The notes: generated by a model not told the origin, from the sequence alone. A stretch of 63,959 bases of DNA, filler included, from Sphacelaria rigidula (GCA_964200075.2; 8 parts of 8 records of this genome joined end to end with filler, not necessarily neighbours in it); one strand, 5' to 3'. Positions 1 through 12,639 are shown, counted from the first letter of the whole stretch. Numbers and translations: made by a program.

Positions 1-909
1 GAGAGGTGGGTTGATCCCTTGAGACCACGGACTCATCCCGAGGAAGGGGAAGGGTTCAAAGTGTGAGGGAAAAAAAGAAGTGTCCATTGATACGTACGAT
101 ACGGATCGAATTCTTCCAGTATTTGGATGTTTTGTGCTTTTGCCTCGTTGGTCGCACGGAGCAGACCTATAGATATCTGTTCACTTCCGTGGCGAGAGCA
201 CGTACAAAGACTGCGGGTTCTGGCTCATACCAGAAGAGAAAGGAGCAACCGATAAAGCCTATTGGTGCCGAGTACATCGGACAACAACGGCCAAGGCTAA
301 GCTCTTGCCGATTATGTTTCTACTACCGAAAGTTTCTGTACTCTACTAGATGTAAAAGACCCAACTACCATAATAGCTAAAGAGACTAGCCAAGGCCAAT
401 GTGGAGCGCACGTTGTAGAAACGTCACACTACCGCATTAATGATTTATCGTTTTGGTTGTTATACTCTGTCCTGTGGTAGCGTGGGTGCATCTCTCCATA
501 TATGTGGAAGCGGCATGGAATTTTGTGTCACCTTCGATACGTGACTGATGCCTACATGGTTGTTCGTCTGTAAGCGCCCGATCTTTTCGACCGCCAGGGT
601 GGATCGATCCTTTGTCAAATTGATATCGTTTCCAGTGAAGTTAGGCAAAAAATAACTCTTGATCAAGGTCCAGATGACTGATCTCCTCGGGGCGGTCGAA
701 AAAGGGTTTGAACGAGTACATACATGACCAGGTAGGTAGTGGAAGGACGACGAGACACATGGCTGTCCATCTTTTGACGGACGTTGCCCTCAGAAGAAGC
801 AAACAAACAGAGCGCTGTTGTCGCTGTGGTGTGCGTGTGTGTACGTGGGCATTGTCGACATTTTTTGAAGAAACACGCCGGTGTGACGTTTTCTTGTGCG
901 TACATACAG

Positions 910-1067
910 GCTAGGATTCGCGAGGGGGCCGCCAGGGCGGCCATGCCGAGCGATAAGCACCAGGGAGAGGGAGAGGCTGAGAGGAGGATGAGAGAGTTGT
1001 ACGAGGAACGACTCAGGGAGTACGGGGAGCTTGCTGCTGTCGAAGACGAACAGGGAGAAGATACCAG
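910..1067 (+). CDS. SUGP1: SURP and G-patch domain protein 1 (splicing factor 4), internal exon A
   Basis: CAG acceptor ending 909 and GT donor at 1068. Encodes ARIREGAA...EDEQGEDT plus AG (phase 2), which joins in frame to the exon at 5587. Assigned by phase compatibility, not by a motif. Confidence 0.7.
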
Positions 1068-1169
1068 GTACCGCTGCTGTTCCCGTTGTTGTTGCTTGAC
1101 ATGGGTTCTGTCCCCCCCCCCTCTCCACCTATTTCATCTTTCTCCGTCACTGTTCCGCACAAAAATTTG

Positions 1170-1687
1170 AGACAAAAGCTGGTTCACTTCAGGTGGAGAT
1201 TGTCGGTGAAATATTCGTGAAGAAGTGTCTTTCATATCTCCCCGCAGAATACACTACTCGACGAGATCATCTAGGTATGGCGCCTGTTTTGTTGCCCGAC
1301 CAAACACGGGTTGTAGCTAACGACGAGTATGTATCACTGATGAAGGCAGGAAGTTGCAACGGCACGGATCACAACCGTGCTCTTTTCGCGGGAAACAAGG
1401 GGCGAGCCGCCAGGGGTAACGGCAAGGGGATGATAGTAAGTCGCATGTACCCGCGACCGGAACGAAAAATGAAGAAAAACCAGAGTGATGGTAAGTCTAC
1501 GGATAACAATTTGTCCGATACACAGGGGTCTGGGGAGAAGAAGAGTGTGGCATATTTCGGGTGTGGTAAGCGTGGACATTTCCGTGGTAAATGCCCCGAA
1601 CGTATTTGTGAGGTATGTGATGGTGAGGGTCACGGAAAAAGTTTGCGTAGTAATTCTGCAATGATTTCGTCTGATGGATATCGGGAT
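1170..1687 (+). mobile_element. LTR retrotransposon gag remnant with two zinc knuckles (inverted copy)
   Basis: ORF 1193-1705 contains YFGCGKRGHFRGKC and CEVCDGEGH CCHC-type knuckles. It is a diverged reverse-complement copy of 1841-2358. Confidence 0.7.
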
Positions 1688-1813
1688 ATCGAGAGGGTCA
1701 CATGACAAGTTGTTGCACTATCGGCTATGCAAACTCCCCATCCCACCATCGTTCACCCCAGAGCAATCATCCCAACCCGTCGACCTCGCCGACGAGAACT
1801 CACCGCCTCATGT

Positions 1814-2716
1814 TTATTTCACCATATACCCATCAACAGAATCCCGATATCCGTCAGACGAAATCATTGCAGGATTACTATGCAAAATTTTCCCGTGACC
1901 CTCACCATCACATACCTCACAAATACGTTCGGGGCATTTACCACGGAAATGTCCACGCTCACCACAGCCGAAATATGCCACATTCTTCTTCTCCCCAGAC
2001 CCCCGTGTATCGGACAAATTGTTATCCGCAGAGTTACCATCACTCTGGTTTTTATTCATTTTTCGTTCCGGTCGCGGGTATATGCGACATACCATCAACG
2101 CCTTATCGTTACCCTTGGCGGCTGGACCCTTGTTTCCCGCGAAAAGAGCACGTTTGTGATCCGTGCCCTTCGAGGTTGTTGCCTTCATCAGTGATACATA
2201 CTCGTCGTTAACTACAACCCGTGTTTGGTCAAGCAACAAAACGGGCGCCATACGTGAATGATCTCGTTGAGTCGTGTATTCTGCAGGGAGATATGGAAGA
2301 AACTTGTTCACGACTATTTCATCGGCAGTTTCCACCTGAAGTGAACTAGCCTTTGTCTACATGTTTTATAGTTTTATCCAGTATCTCGTACATGTCTTCA
2401 GCCCTACTGTACTGTGAGATGTTGAAATCAGCCAAAACATCAAACCTGGCTCCCGAGGTTATCGGAGAAAATGCTCATCCAGCGCACGCCGTACCACAGA
2501 CGTTGCGCTTGACCTGACAATAATATGTCTTCCTACACCATCCTTTACAGTATTGATCAGTAAATTATATGCAAAACGTCCACGCTTGATATCATCTGGA
2601 CACACGCCTAGCCTCAGCAATGCAAGTTCACTCAAAGGATGCACACAGTGTGGAGAATTCCTGAACAGTCCTCCACCAAAATCGTACATGGATGCATGCT
2701 GTCCTATCTCTCTCAT
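1814..2716 (-). mobile_element. LTR retrotransposon (probably Ty1/copia) gag remnant inside SUGP1 intron
   Basis: ORF 1814-2335 has the same zinc knuckles. Upstream ORF 2459-2716 (AYNLLINTVKD...RALDEHF) resembles a copia gag N-terminus. Confidence 0.6.
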
Positions 2717-5586
2717 GAATGAAACCCATGCGTGACCCTAATTGCTCTTGAAAGGCGGAATATGCTTAGCTCCCAGGGTATTGCTGTCTACGGTGGACAA
2801 AATTTATGTACCCTGTGAACCAACGGCCATCTGTCCATTCTCTGTACTTGTATCTGTATCTGTATTAGGGAAACCTAGCCCTGCCATCAGCCGTACATCA
2901 TTGTCATGGGCTACAGCACCTGATGCACCCACATTCGTAGCTGCAGCTGCCCCTTCACGTAGGAGACTAGATCGTACACTGGCCCACCCACCGTGTGGTC
3001 TTTCCGCTGCCCCGGTATCCTGTGGTGCAGCCTCCTGTTGTCGACTCAACAACCTTGTAAAGCGCTGCGCCTGCCATTTCAAAAACCTACTGTACTGTTC
3101 AGATGGTACTCATACAGGATGGGTAGAAGCTTCCTTCCCTGCCACTCAAACCCACTTTTGCTTGAGATCCACTACCTTCACTATCAATCGCAGTGAAATC
3201 TTCTTACGCCCTACCCCAGCTATCAAACGTTGCTGGCGTGTTTGATGCCTTGGGCACCCTAGTTCCAAGCAGAACCGTCTTTTTGACCAGCAAGTGGTAA
3301 GGTGATGGACTCACGCGGCACCAACGGCCGAGTCGGCGGTCACTTGGACAAAGTAGTCTAGCTTTTCCTTGATTTATTAAACCCAGCGCAGCAGCACAAG
3401 TGGAAGGGAACACAGAGGCTGATCAAGGTGGGTGAGCAAAACGATGAGCGCGGCAGCCGATCTGCTGTCCTCTAAACAAGAAGGTCATCTCTCAAATCAT
3501 CCGGCGGTACCGTACCTTATCTTGCGCCTTCAAAGTATAGCATTCCTGAAACGGGTACACGGCTACAAATTTCTTGAGTCCTTTTCTGCAATATCGGAAC
3601 AATATCTTCTTAAATTCCCGGAGCCCTTCCATGCAATATCGCAACAATATCTTCTTCTCCAAACCGTTGACGACGAGTGAGATTACACATGATCAACAGG
3701 GGATGGATAACGCAGGGCCCCTGTGAAGAGTTCGTAAATCTCGAAGGATTCGCAAGCCCGTCTCTCCGTCGCCGGTACATCCCTGGCATAGTGTCGTTGA
3801 GGGTCCTTTCCTGGCCAGTTACGTATATGCATTTATACAGGCATGGCGCTGTCCCTGAATACATGAGAGAGATCATGATGGTGTATATACCCCCATTATT
3901 CGATTTGTGTGAAATACCGCTTCGCTGGGGTTGTTGGATGTTCTCGAGGGTGAATCTTCCTGAAGGATCTCCAAAGCGAGGCGTGTTTTCTCTCTTGATG
4001 TTAGGGCAAGGATTGGCCGTGACCTGGTTGGCATGCGGTTGGAGTCGAATCGTATCGGGTACAGAGTAGAAGTGATTCCCCAGGGTTCGACGATGGCTCT
4101 CATTATGTTGCACATTTTTTACTGTGGAGATCTGTTACCTAGGGTCCCCGAAATTCGGCTATTCGAATGTGAGAGTTTCGGGCCTCTCAAACAAGCCACT
4201 GACAAGCCTGCTTGTGTAACTGCTTCATCTCCGGTTTACATGTCATGCAAGTACTCACTCAGCACATAAAGGTAAAGTAGTTCTGAGCGTTTTGCTTCAT
4301 GGCCCCTTCCTCCTTCTCCACCCCTTTTACCGGGGCTGAGCTCAACGCATCCCCTCCCCGAACAGTTTTAGGGAGAAGGCGGATGTTATCTGACGCATGA
4401 GCCATTTGCGGCCGGAGAACTAGGACTCTGAACACGTGACTGACATCAATAGAAACCCTACAACCTATCCTAACTAATACTGTGGTACCTCTCGATTCAT
4501 CAACTGGACTACACATGCCTCGGGAGAAATGTTGCGAAGGTATTGTTCTATTTACTCTCCACACACGCGCAGGGGTTATACCTTACCGTCAGCGTCTGTT
4601 GAACACCGATAGCGATGTCCCTGAACACGCAAGTGATATCGCTAGAACATATATATATATATATATATAACCTGCTGAATTGAGACCACTCTTCCCCGCC
4701 TCCTCGACGATGAGGCGAGGGTACCCCCTCCCACCACGCCGTCACCCGGACGATGTTGTTTGACATATGCGTCATATGTGAGCAGACTACATGATGCTCT
4801 TGAACGCATGAGAGGCATCGTCAGAACATGGGTGTAGCCTCACCATGTAACCCTAGGATAGTAATGGACACCACCGTTCCTTTGCGATAGTCCAAAACGG
4901 TGGATATACATACTCGGCGGGCGACTACTTTCCTACCCCTGGAAAAACCATGGGCCCAACCTCCACATGAAATATCATCAATGCGTTGAAAATTTCGTCT
5001 ACATTGTCGTGCGTGTCTGGCACTATTTTTTCGATTGTTGTTGAGGCCTTGAATGTACTCAAACGGCACAGACGAGTTAGGAAGCAACATTTGCCCAGAT
5101 GTTAGTCTAAATTGAAATGAATTGGTCAGGACCCGATGGTCTTGGTGCGGAAACTTTATTTTGGGTTTGAGAAGCCGGATCTGACTCTAATCGGCCAGAA
5201 TTTCTCTCTACCCCGACCAATTCGACAGCGTAGTGATTCCTGGTTTGTCTTCTTTGATAAGTTGTCTTGGATGCCCGGAATTGGCAATGTCGGACGTGAA
5301 ATCTATATTTTCCATCGGAAGGAGGGCTGATATCGAGAAGGGCACCTCGAATTCGGCGTCAAACATTTTCCGGTCGGACCACATTTTTTTCGATGCCAGT
5401 CAGAATTCGGCCTACGAGACTCTGGCCTGTACTGTCACGGAAGTGCCCTTGATCGGCTTGCGTTCTTTTTTTCTCTCAAGGCTTTCCCCCCCCCCCCTAC
5501 TACTTTTTTCATTTGCTCTTCATCATTTACTGGTATTTTACTACTTTTTTTTTTCTTTTTCCGAATACTTCCTACCTCTCCGTCAG

Positions 5587-5749
5587 GGATACTGTGGAAG
5601 ACGCCGAAATGACGGGGGGCGTTATTGATGGAGGGACGTGGGAACATCGTAAGAGAGCGAAGGAGATGCTCAAAACCGCCGAGACCGCACTCAGCTTGAC
5701 GATACAAGCCAAGAACGCGCATCACATGAGCCAGTATCTACCGAAAGAG
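5587..5749 (+). CDS. SUGP1: SUGP1/SF4 internal exon B
   Basis: CAG acceptor and GTCAGT donor. Encodes DTVEDAEMTGGVIDGGTWEHRKRAKEMLKT...HHMSQYLPKE, matching the SUGP1 DGGTWEH..R..EM..T...H....LP.E region that precedes the G-patch. Confidence 0.88.
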
Positions 5750-6469
5750 GTCAGTCATGAATGGTCCTGTTTCGGAACAATTGGACACCATAGATCCGTT
5801 CGTCCGGACTTCGGAACATCTCTCAACTCAATCGCCCGAATAATCGGGAGGTTTTCGAAAGCCTTTGACTACAGATTGTGAACAAGCGTAACACCCAAGG
5901 TCTTAGCGATCACGGAAGACACTACATGAGATATTATCTAAAGACGCTCCGTTGGGGGAATTGTATTGCCTTTTTTGTTTTCCCCGTTGACTGAGCGGCC
6001 TCTAGAAGACGCCCTGTCGGTGATAATCTCTTCTGTTCGTTACCGTTTTTTTTACATTTTTTTTTGGATTGTTTCTTGTGTGTGAGTAATTTTTTCATCA
6101 GTATCTTGTTAATTGTTTTCGTTTGACTGTTCGAGTCTGGACTCTTTTTCGTTGTGAGCGTTTCACTTTTTCTTTTTTCGCTTCTGCTCATGTATATTTC
6201 CGTATCTAGGCTTTTGATGTTGTCCGTGTTTATGATCCCATGTATGTAGTCATCACTCTCCTGTCATCTCGCGGTAGTTTTTTCCTGGGGGTTCTGTCAT
6301 GCTGCGGCCGCCCTGACATCACTATTTTTCGTGTACTGACGGCTCTCTGATGCATGTGTATATCCATGCATGCACGTATCTGTGTATGTTGGGAGGTGGG
6401 CACGGTTGCGCTTGTGGACGCATTGTATGGCTCCTGCATTTGACAGCAAACGGCGTACTGTACAGTTCT

Positions 6470-6517
6470 GTACCGTACCGTACCGTACCGTACCGTACCG
6501 TACCGTACCATACCGTA
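6470..6517. repeat. (GTACC)n pentanucleotide microsatellite
   Basis: Tandem taccg units are directly visible. Confidence 0.9.
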
Positions 6518-7470
6518 TCGTGCTGAAGTTATGTATGATGGCGTGCCCCCCATCCTATTTTGTGGCTCGATTAACTTTCCACCCCTGCAACAAGACAGCC
6601 ATCGAGAGTTTGACCAAGTTCCGAAAGGGCCATGGCGTACGCAGCAGTAATACAAACTAGAGAACGGTGAGACGCACACGTTAGCTCGCAATGCATGCAC
6701 GAGCCAAGCGTTGGCTTTTTCGCAGTATGTTCTCCACGTATCTATCGTTGTAATTATCCTTTAACCGCTTCCGTCTTTCCTCAGGGCGAGTCCATGGTCT
6801 CAAGGGATCGACCCCCTGGATGTCTCCCATGGGACTTACCTTGCATTTTGTCAGCAATCGTCCGGCGTTGGGTCGATCGGCACTCCCGCATCTCTTGTCG
6901 ATGGTTGTCACGCTTTTATTTTGTTTCGTTAGCCTACTCTCGCTCGTTCATTCTCCCGTTGTTTCCGAAGTCGGAAACAAAAAAAAAAAAAAAACGTTTC
7001 CTCACGTGGGATATCATCCCTGCTGGATAATAGGTGGCCAGTACTCACAATGAGAAGAAGTGTATAGCGTACGCTAATATTGCGCCTATTGATAATATAT
7101 AGGCTCATACGGTGCACTTTCTTCTGTTGCAACTGTTGACCGCCTGTTGCCCAGGGCGTGTTGATATGTATATGTGTGTATGAAAGGTAGGGAGGGTTGA
7201 TGTTTTTGCCGTGGAAAGCCTGAGAACGTGAGAACGTGAGTTGAAAAAAGTGAACATGATTGATGGAAGTCACGGTACTGCGGGATCGGTCATTGTCAAA
7301 TTATCTATGGTGCGTTGCGAGGTAGATGTGTACTCGGGGAGAGATGACCGGCTCTTTCCGAGGAGGGGGTGGGAGTAGGGGCCGGGGTTTAAAGTATGAC
7401 GGGAAAATGAGAAAATTACGTGTACGTATTTATTATTTGCGTGTTTTTGTCATTTTCTATTGTGTGACAG

Positions 7471-7598
7471 GAGCTAGAGCGTTTCTTGAAGAAGGCAGAC
7501 AAGGCGGCGAAGGGAGAGCAGCCGGAGGTCGAGGAGGACTTCGAGAAGAATAAAATTACCGAGGATAACATCGGATTCCAGATGCTCAAAAAAGCCGG
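7471..7598 (+). CDS. SUGP1: SUGP1/SF4 exon C, start of G-patch domain (gene continues beyond the segment end)
   Basis: CAG acceptor after a pyrimidine tract and GTACGT donor. Encodes ELERFLKK...KITEDNIGFQMLKKAG, the G-patch N-terminus (NIG.QML.K.G). In phase with exon B. Confidence 0.88.
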
Positions 7599-7908
7599 GT
7601 ACGTGAATTGGGAGGTGCTCAACAGACATTACTCAATCAGCCCGTAAAAATATCGGTGAAGAATGCTGAACTCAGGAGAAGTTACATAGTTTGAACTTTT
7701 GGTCGTGCTGCGTGCTTTTTGGTGCTTCTTCACTGTCTACTTCTGTCCCATAGGTGAAGTCGGTTGTAGGGCGCTGATCATTTCCAGGGTACTCCTCGGT
7801 AATTTACCGTCAACAGACGGTAATTTTTTATTTCCTTCGCAGCACGCTAAAAAATGACGGGAAAGTTTCTAAAAACCACAGTAAAAAAAAGTGCACTGAG
7901 ACGGAATC

Positions 7909-8008
7909 NNNNNNNNNNNNNNNNNNNNNNNNNNNNNNNNNNNNNNNNNNNNTTAATTAATTAANNNNNNNNNNNNNNNNNNNNNNNNNNNNNNNNNNNN
8001 NNNNNNNN
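7909..8008. other. Artificial 100-nt segment linker; also at 15917-16016, 23925-24024, 31933-32032, 39940-40039, 47947-48046, 55954-56053
   Basis: N44-TTAATTAATTAA-N44, with stops in all six frames, recurring every 8007-8008 nt. Confidence 0.97.
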
Positions 8009-8044
8009 GTGTGTAACGCAGAACTCCGCCTTCCTGCTACCATC

Positions 8045-9448
8045 TGCTCCAAACGGCCATTGTTCGGGGCAGATGGTAGCAGGAAGGCGGAGTTCTGCGT
8101 TACACACGCCCCGATGGACATGGTCGATGTGGTGAGCAAGCGGTGCAACAAGGAGGGCTGTTGCAAACGGCCGTCGTTTGGGGCGGACGGTAGCAGGAAG
8201 GCGGAGTTCTGCGCCACACACGCCCCGATGGACATGGTCGTTGTGGTGAGCAAGCGTTGCGGCAAGAAGGGCTGCTCCAAACGGCCATTGTTCGGGGCAG
8301 CTGGTAGCAGGAAGGCGGAGTTCTGCGTTACACACGCCCCGATGGACATGGTTGATGTGGTGAGCAAGCGGTGCAACAAGGAGGGCTGTTGCAAACGGCC
8401 GTCGTTTGGGGCGGACGGTAGCAGGAAGGCAGAGTTCTGCGCCACACACGCCCCGATGGACATGGTCGTTGTGAGAAACAAGCGTTGCGGCAAAAAGGGC
8501 TGCTCCAAATACGCTTCGTTCGGTGCAATCGATAGCAGAAATCCGGACCTCTGCGCCACACACGCCTCGCCGGGTATGATCGATGTAAGGAGCAAGCGGT
8601 ACGGTCAGGAGGGCTGCTCCAAATATTCACCTTTCAGTGCCACGAGTGCCATAGAAGCGAATGTATGCGCTACACACAACCGTAGACCCTCTTCGAGTGG
8701 GAATGAATGCACCTTGCAGCCTCGTTATATCCGGATGCGGGAGCACGGGAATACCCCTTGTCATTCTGCATTCGACGTGGCCATGGCGCCTGCTTCAGCA
8801 GAATGTGTTGAAGGAAAGTTTCGCCGGAGAGATGACTCGGCCGCGAGAGGGTCCGGTGTCGGTGTCGATGAATACGATGAAAGTCATTCGTCGGATGCCG
8901 GTCTCGACACGAACGACAGGGGTCGTAACGCTAACTTTCGTCTTGAATCACGTGACCTTCGTTCCAGGCGACGGGGTGCCAATTCCAAGGAGGCGTCCCT
9001 AACCTCGTCAGGAGAATCCCCTGGCACGGGAACAGTAGACAAGGTTCCTCGAGGTGGGGCAGAGACGTGCATGAAAATGGAACTGGAGACGACTGTTTCG
9101 CCCATGCAATGTTCCGAGGAGATACGAACTAGCGAAAACCTGGTCACCGCGCTATCCAAAAATTGCGACAGCATGGGCGACGGAGGCTCCAGCAGCACTG
9201 CTAAAACAAGAGGCAGCGATGATAGCATCAGCAGTGGAAGGAACGCCAAGCGGCGACGCCGTACGGGGCAGACGGTGCCATCGTTCGATGTGTCAGCGGG
9301 GAATGATGTGATGGTTAAAGAGGGGGAAGGCGGCGTAAAATTGGAATGGGATATGTGTGCTCCTTCCCGAGAAGTGTCGGCGGCATCATCGTTCCCGCGC
9401 GAGAGGTGGCTCCATGGGAGGCCCCATGCACACCCTTTTCCCGGCTAA
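8045..9448 (+). CDS. EsV-1-7 cysteine-rich repeat protein, 5'-partial
   Basis: About six 38-aa repeats of type C..EGC.KRP.FG..G.RKAEFC..HA..DMVDV.SKR, followed by a disordered tail with an NLS-like AKRRRR. The first 12 aa of the ORF call come from an inverted copy of the repeat and are not a true N-terminus. Confidence 0.85.
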   Translation, partial: CSKRPLFGADGSRKAEFCVTHAPMDMVDVVSKRCNKEGCCKRPSFGADGSRKAEFCATHAPMDMVVVVSKRCGKKGCSKRPLFGAAGSRKAEFCVTHAPMDMVDVVSKRCNKEGCCKRPSFGADGSRKAEFCATHAPMDMVVVRNKRCGKKGCSKYASFGAIDSRNPDLCATHASPGMIDVRSKRYGQEGCSKYSPFSATSAIEANVCATHNRRPSSSGNECTLQPRYIRMREHGNTPCHSAFDVAMAPASAECVEGKFRRRDDSAARGSGVGVDEYDESHSSDAGLDTNDRGRNANFRLESRDLRSRRRGANSKEASLTSSGESPGTGTVDKVPRGGAETCMKMELETTVSPMQCSEEIRTSENLVTALSKNCDSMGDGGSSSTAKTRGSDDSISSGRNAKRRRRTGQTVPSFDVSAGNDVMVKEGEGGVKLEWDMCAPSREVSAASSFPRERWLHGRPHAHPFPG

Positions 9449-10069
9449 TATTTGGTACAGGGCAGGTCCGCCGAATGTCACGTGCGCAAGCTATTTTCCC
9501 GGAATGCGTGGTGCCGCTGCGTATGAATATAGCTGGGCAAGGCGGCAACGGCTGGCTCACGTTCGTGGGTTATTGCATGATGGCGAATATCTCTGGAAAG
9601 TTTCGCTCGGCATGGTGGCACTTGTTGATTGTTTTTCCGTATCCTGGGGACCCAATTGGCATGATGTCTCCCTGTTTCTCGATGCGTTCGGCAGGTCACT
9701 GTGGAGAAAGGTAGAAGTCGTACTGAAGCCTCACCTTATACGGCCACGTATCTGGGATGCGGCGAGTCCCTCTGAAATCTGCGTAAGAACAAAGATTCGA
9801 ATCACGGTAGAGCGTTTTTTCACGTTGCGAATTTTCGCCCCTTGAGGCATGACGTGAGTAGCTGCAATTTTTTGACGAGAGTCGATGAGCAAAACATGTG
9901 CCAAAATGTCAGTTATGTTCCATGTGGGGGACAGATGGGTTGATGCTTCGAAGAGCTACAGACTCATCCCGAGGATCGGAGAGGTTGACAAATGCCAAGA
10001 AAGGTGCGCTGCTCGTAGGACCAGGGTTCCTTACGACACACATGATCAGGCAGTTGTGCCCGACATTGG

Positions 10070-10450
10070 CGCAGATGAACCACCCCCGCTCGAACCATCA
10101 CTACATACCACTCGAGCCTTGGGGTAGCCCATCCTGACGGTCTGCAGGGCTGCTCATGTTTCGTGTTCTCACTCACCCAGCAGTACCTCGTTGATAATAT
10201 GGAATGATTGTTGGTGTGTAGTTTTGAATGAAGAAGTTAGGTGGGTTGATCGATGGGAGGTACATCTTCAGGTCGAGAGGTAGTGTTTGGATTGAGCCAA
10301 TGTCTGTACGTCCCCACGGTATATACCGGTGCTCATACCTGCAATCGGGTATGCTTATAACGGTATATCCTATCCCCGAGTAGGGGTTTGGGAGGCTTAC
10401 AGAGGTTGCAGAACTGCCGGGTACCGGTACTGGATGAAAGTCTTGCACAG
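10070..10450. mobile_element. Fragment of the hAT-like family at 16317-19429
   Basis: Similar to ~18590-18980 (gcagatgaaccaccc...cctgacggtctgcagggctgctcatgtttcg) and runs into cagaactg.cgggtaccgg repeats. Confidence 0.7.
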
Positions 10451-10728
10451 AGTTGCGCCGATAAAATAAAATAAAAACTCGGAACAGAATCTGACCTTTT
10501 GTCTCACCGGCACACGCTGCTGCAAGGCTCAACGACAGATTGAGCGATATGGGGTCATTGTTCGTGACTATGATGAGATGGCGAAGTTTCCGCGTATCGC
10601 AGCGCCCACAGCGCGGGTGCTAGGCGTGCTTCCCGGATCGAGCCCCTCTACAGGCAATACGCACCGGCATTTCGCACAGATTGTCATTATCCAGCGGGTG
10701 TCCCAGTTCAGATCAACATTCGTTTCTC

Positions 10729-11596
10729 ACCGCAGCGGCATCCCACGTGCAGATGACGTCGAAGTAAGGGGACTTGTAACTCCACATATGTGTGTGCCGA
10801 CGGTGCACGCAATTCTGGGCATCGTGCTGTCGATTAGAGTGCGTTTTACCTGATTTGCCGAATTTCGGAATTACTATCGTCTTTGCCCTCTCCCGCACCA
10901 CAAGCGTCGGCGCCCGGGAAACATGCTGCTTGTGATGCGCCCCACTGGTGCTTTAAGTTTCACTTACTCACTCGCAGTTGGTGTAGAGAAATCCACTTTC
11001 AAACAAGCGGATAAAACGCGGGAAAATACATTAATCAACAGTGTTGAAAATCGGATATCGATACTCGATATGATTTCGACAATATTGGTCAATACGGCGT
11101 ATCGGTATCGCCGCTTCTCAAGCCGATATTTGTCGATACGTATCAATATCAATAATAGGATGTTGATTTGGTCGTTGCTTACCGCAGCGGCATCCCACGT
11201 GCAGATGCCGTCGAAGTACGGGGACTAGTAACTCCACATATGTGTTTGCCGACGGTGCACGCAATTCTGGGCATCGTGCTGTCGATTAGAGTGCGTTTTA
11301 CCTGATTTGCCGAGTTCCGGAATTTCGATCACCTTTGCCCTCTCCCGCACCGCAGGCGTCGGCGCCCGGGAAACATGCTGCTTGTGATGCGCCCCACTAG
11401 TGCTTTAAGTTTCACTCACTCACTCGCAGTTGGTGTAAAGAAATCCATTTTCAAACATGATGACAAAACGCGGGAAAATAAACTGGTCAACAGTGTTGAT
11501 AATCGGATATCGATATTCGATATGATTTCGATAATATCGGTCGATACGGCGTATCGGTATCGCCGCTTCTCAAGTCGATATTTGTCGATACGTATC
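10729..11596. repeat. Tandem duplication, period 452 nt
   Basis: 10729-11144 recurs at 11181-11596 with scattered substitutions. Confidence 0.9.
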
Positions 11597-12639
11597 CCAA
11601 TCTTCAAATGTGTTATTGTCTCAGGCTATTCCAGATCCGGTATTGGATTCCTGTGACGGAAAAACGAGCAGAACGTTTCAAGAACTGTCAAAAAAACAAA
11701 CAGAAATTTTCAAGAACCGCTCAAAACATTATCCCATTATCTGGAGTACAGGGTGGTACACTCAGCACAAGACAACTCCGCAGTGGTATATGACGTGCAG
11801 AGTACTACACTGAACACCAGACAACACGGCAGTTCTGCAGCGGTTTCTGGTTCTAGAAGCTGAAGATGGGCTGTATACAGTATGACACCGTCACTACTGT
11901 TCTCTCTGTGCTTGCAGAGTACAGCCTGTACTCGGACAGGGGAAGTGGTACCCGGACGGGGGAGGTGGACAGCACGCTATCACTTGTGGATGGATACACT
12001 GCAGTAGCTGGGTATGCTTTGTTACTTTTTGTTGGTGAAAACTTGCGTCTTCTCTCATGATGAGCATCAGCGACAGAACTGCGTGGTACGGTGGACAACC
12101 GAGTTGCGTGCACGCTCATGGATAGTGCAGTCTGTACAAAGCTGCACGTTGCCGAAGTCTTCTTCACGTCGCATTGTAAGCAGGGAGGACTGATAGTCCT
12201 GGGCTCTCTGCACTGCATCGCCCGTTTCTCCTTCATATCCTCCTGAACTAAATACGCACAAACGCACTCAAGACACTCTGCTTGCAAGCGGTGCAGACAG
12301 TACAGACTATGTGTATTGTAGACGAGTGACCATGTGCCGACTAATGCCGAGATAGACGCCCACAAAAGTGCACGGGAGACTGTCCGACAAACCGGCTGCG
12401 GTCCCACTATTGGGCTCATTTGCAGCAATGCCGCCCACATGAAAGGCTTGTAGCAGTCCGGAATCAGCTATAACGCCCCAATGAGTCGCGTCGTGGAACA
12501 CGAAACCAGCTAACGGCATTTATGATCATAGCCTCCGTGCACATTTTTGGCCGGTTTGGGGGGGGCTATCTCGGTAGCAGTCTACCGCGTCACGAAGTTT
12601 AGGCGCAGCGCCAATACATGAGGATACTGGGGTTAACAA

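Noticed and set aside
3250-5100. Continuation of the LTR element (pol/LTR) in the SUGP1 intron
   Set aside because: I could not identify integrase or RT motifs, or paired LTRs.
7957-8595. Minus-strand repeat ORFs of 212 and 200 aa
   Set aside because: Antisense shadows of the EsV-1-7 repeats that run into the linker.
8009-9448. Integrated phaeovirus (provirus) because of the EsV-1-7 gene
   Set aside because: No other viral core genes or gene-dense region nearby. EsV-1-7 repeat genes are common host genes in brown algae.
11853-12519. Possible protein-coding or transposase remnant
   Set aside because: No motif or convincing splice pattern that I can recognise.
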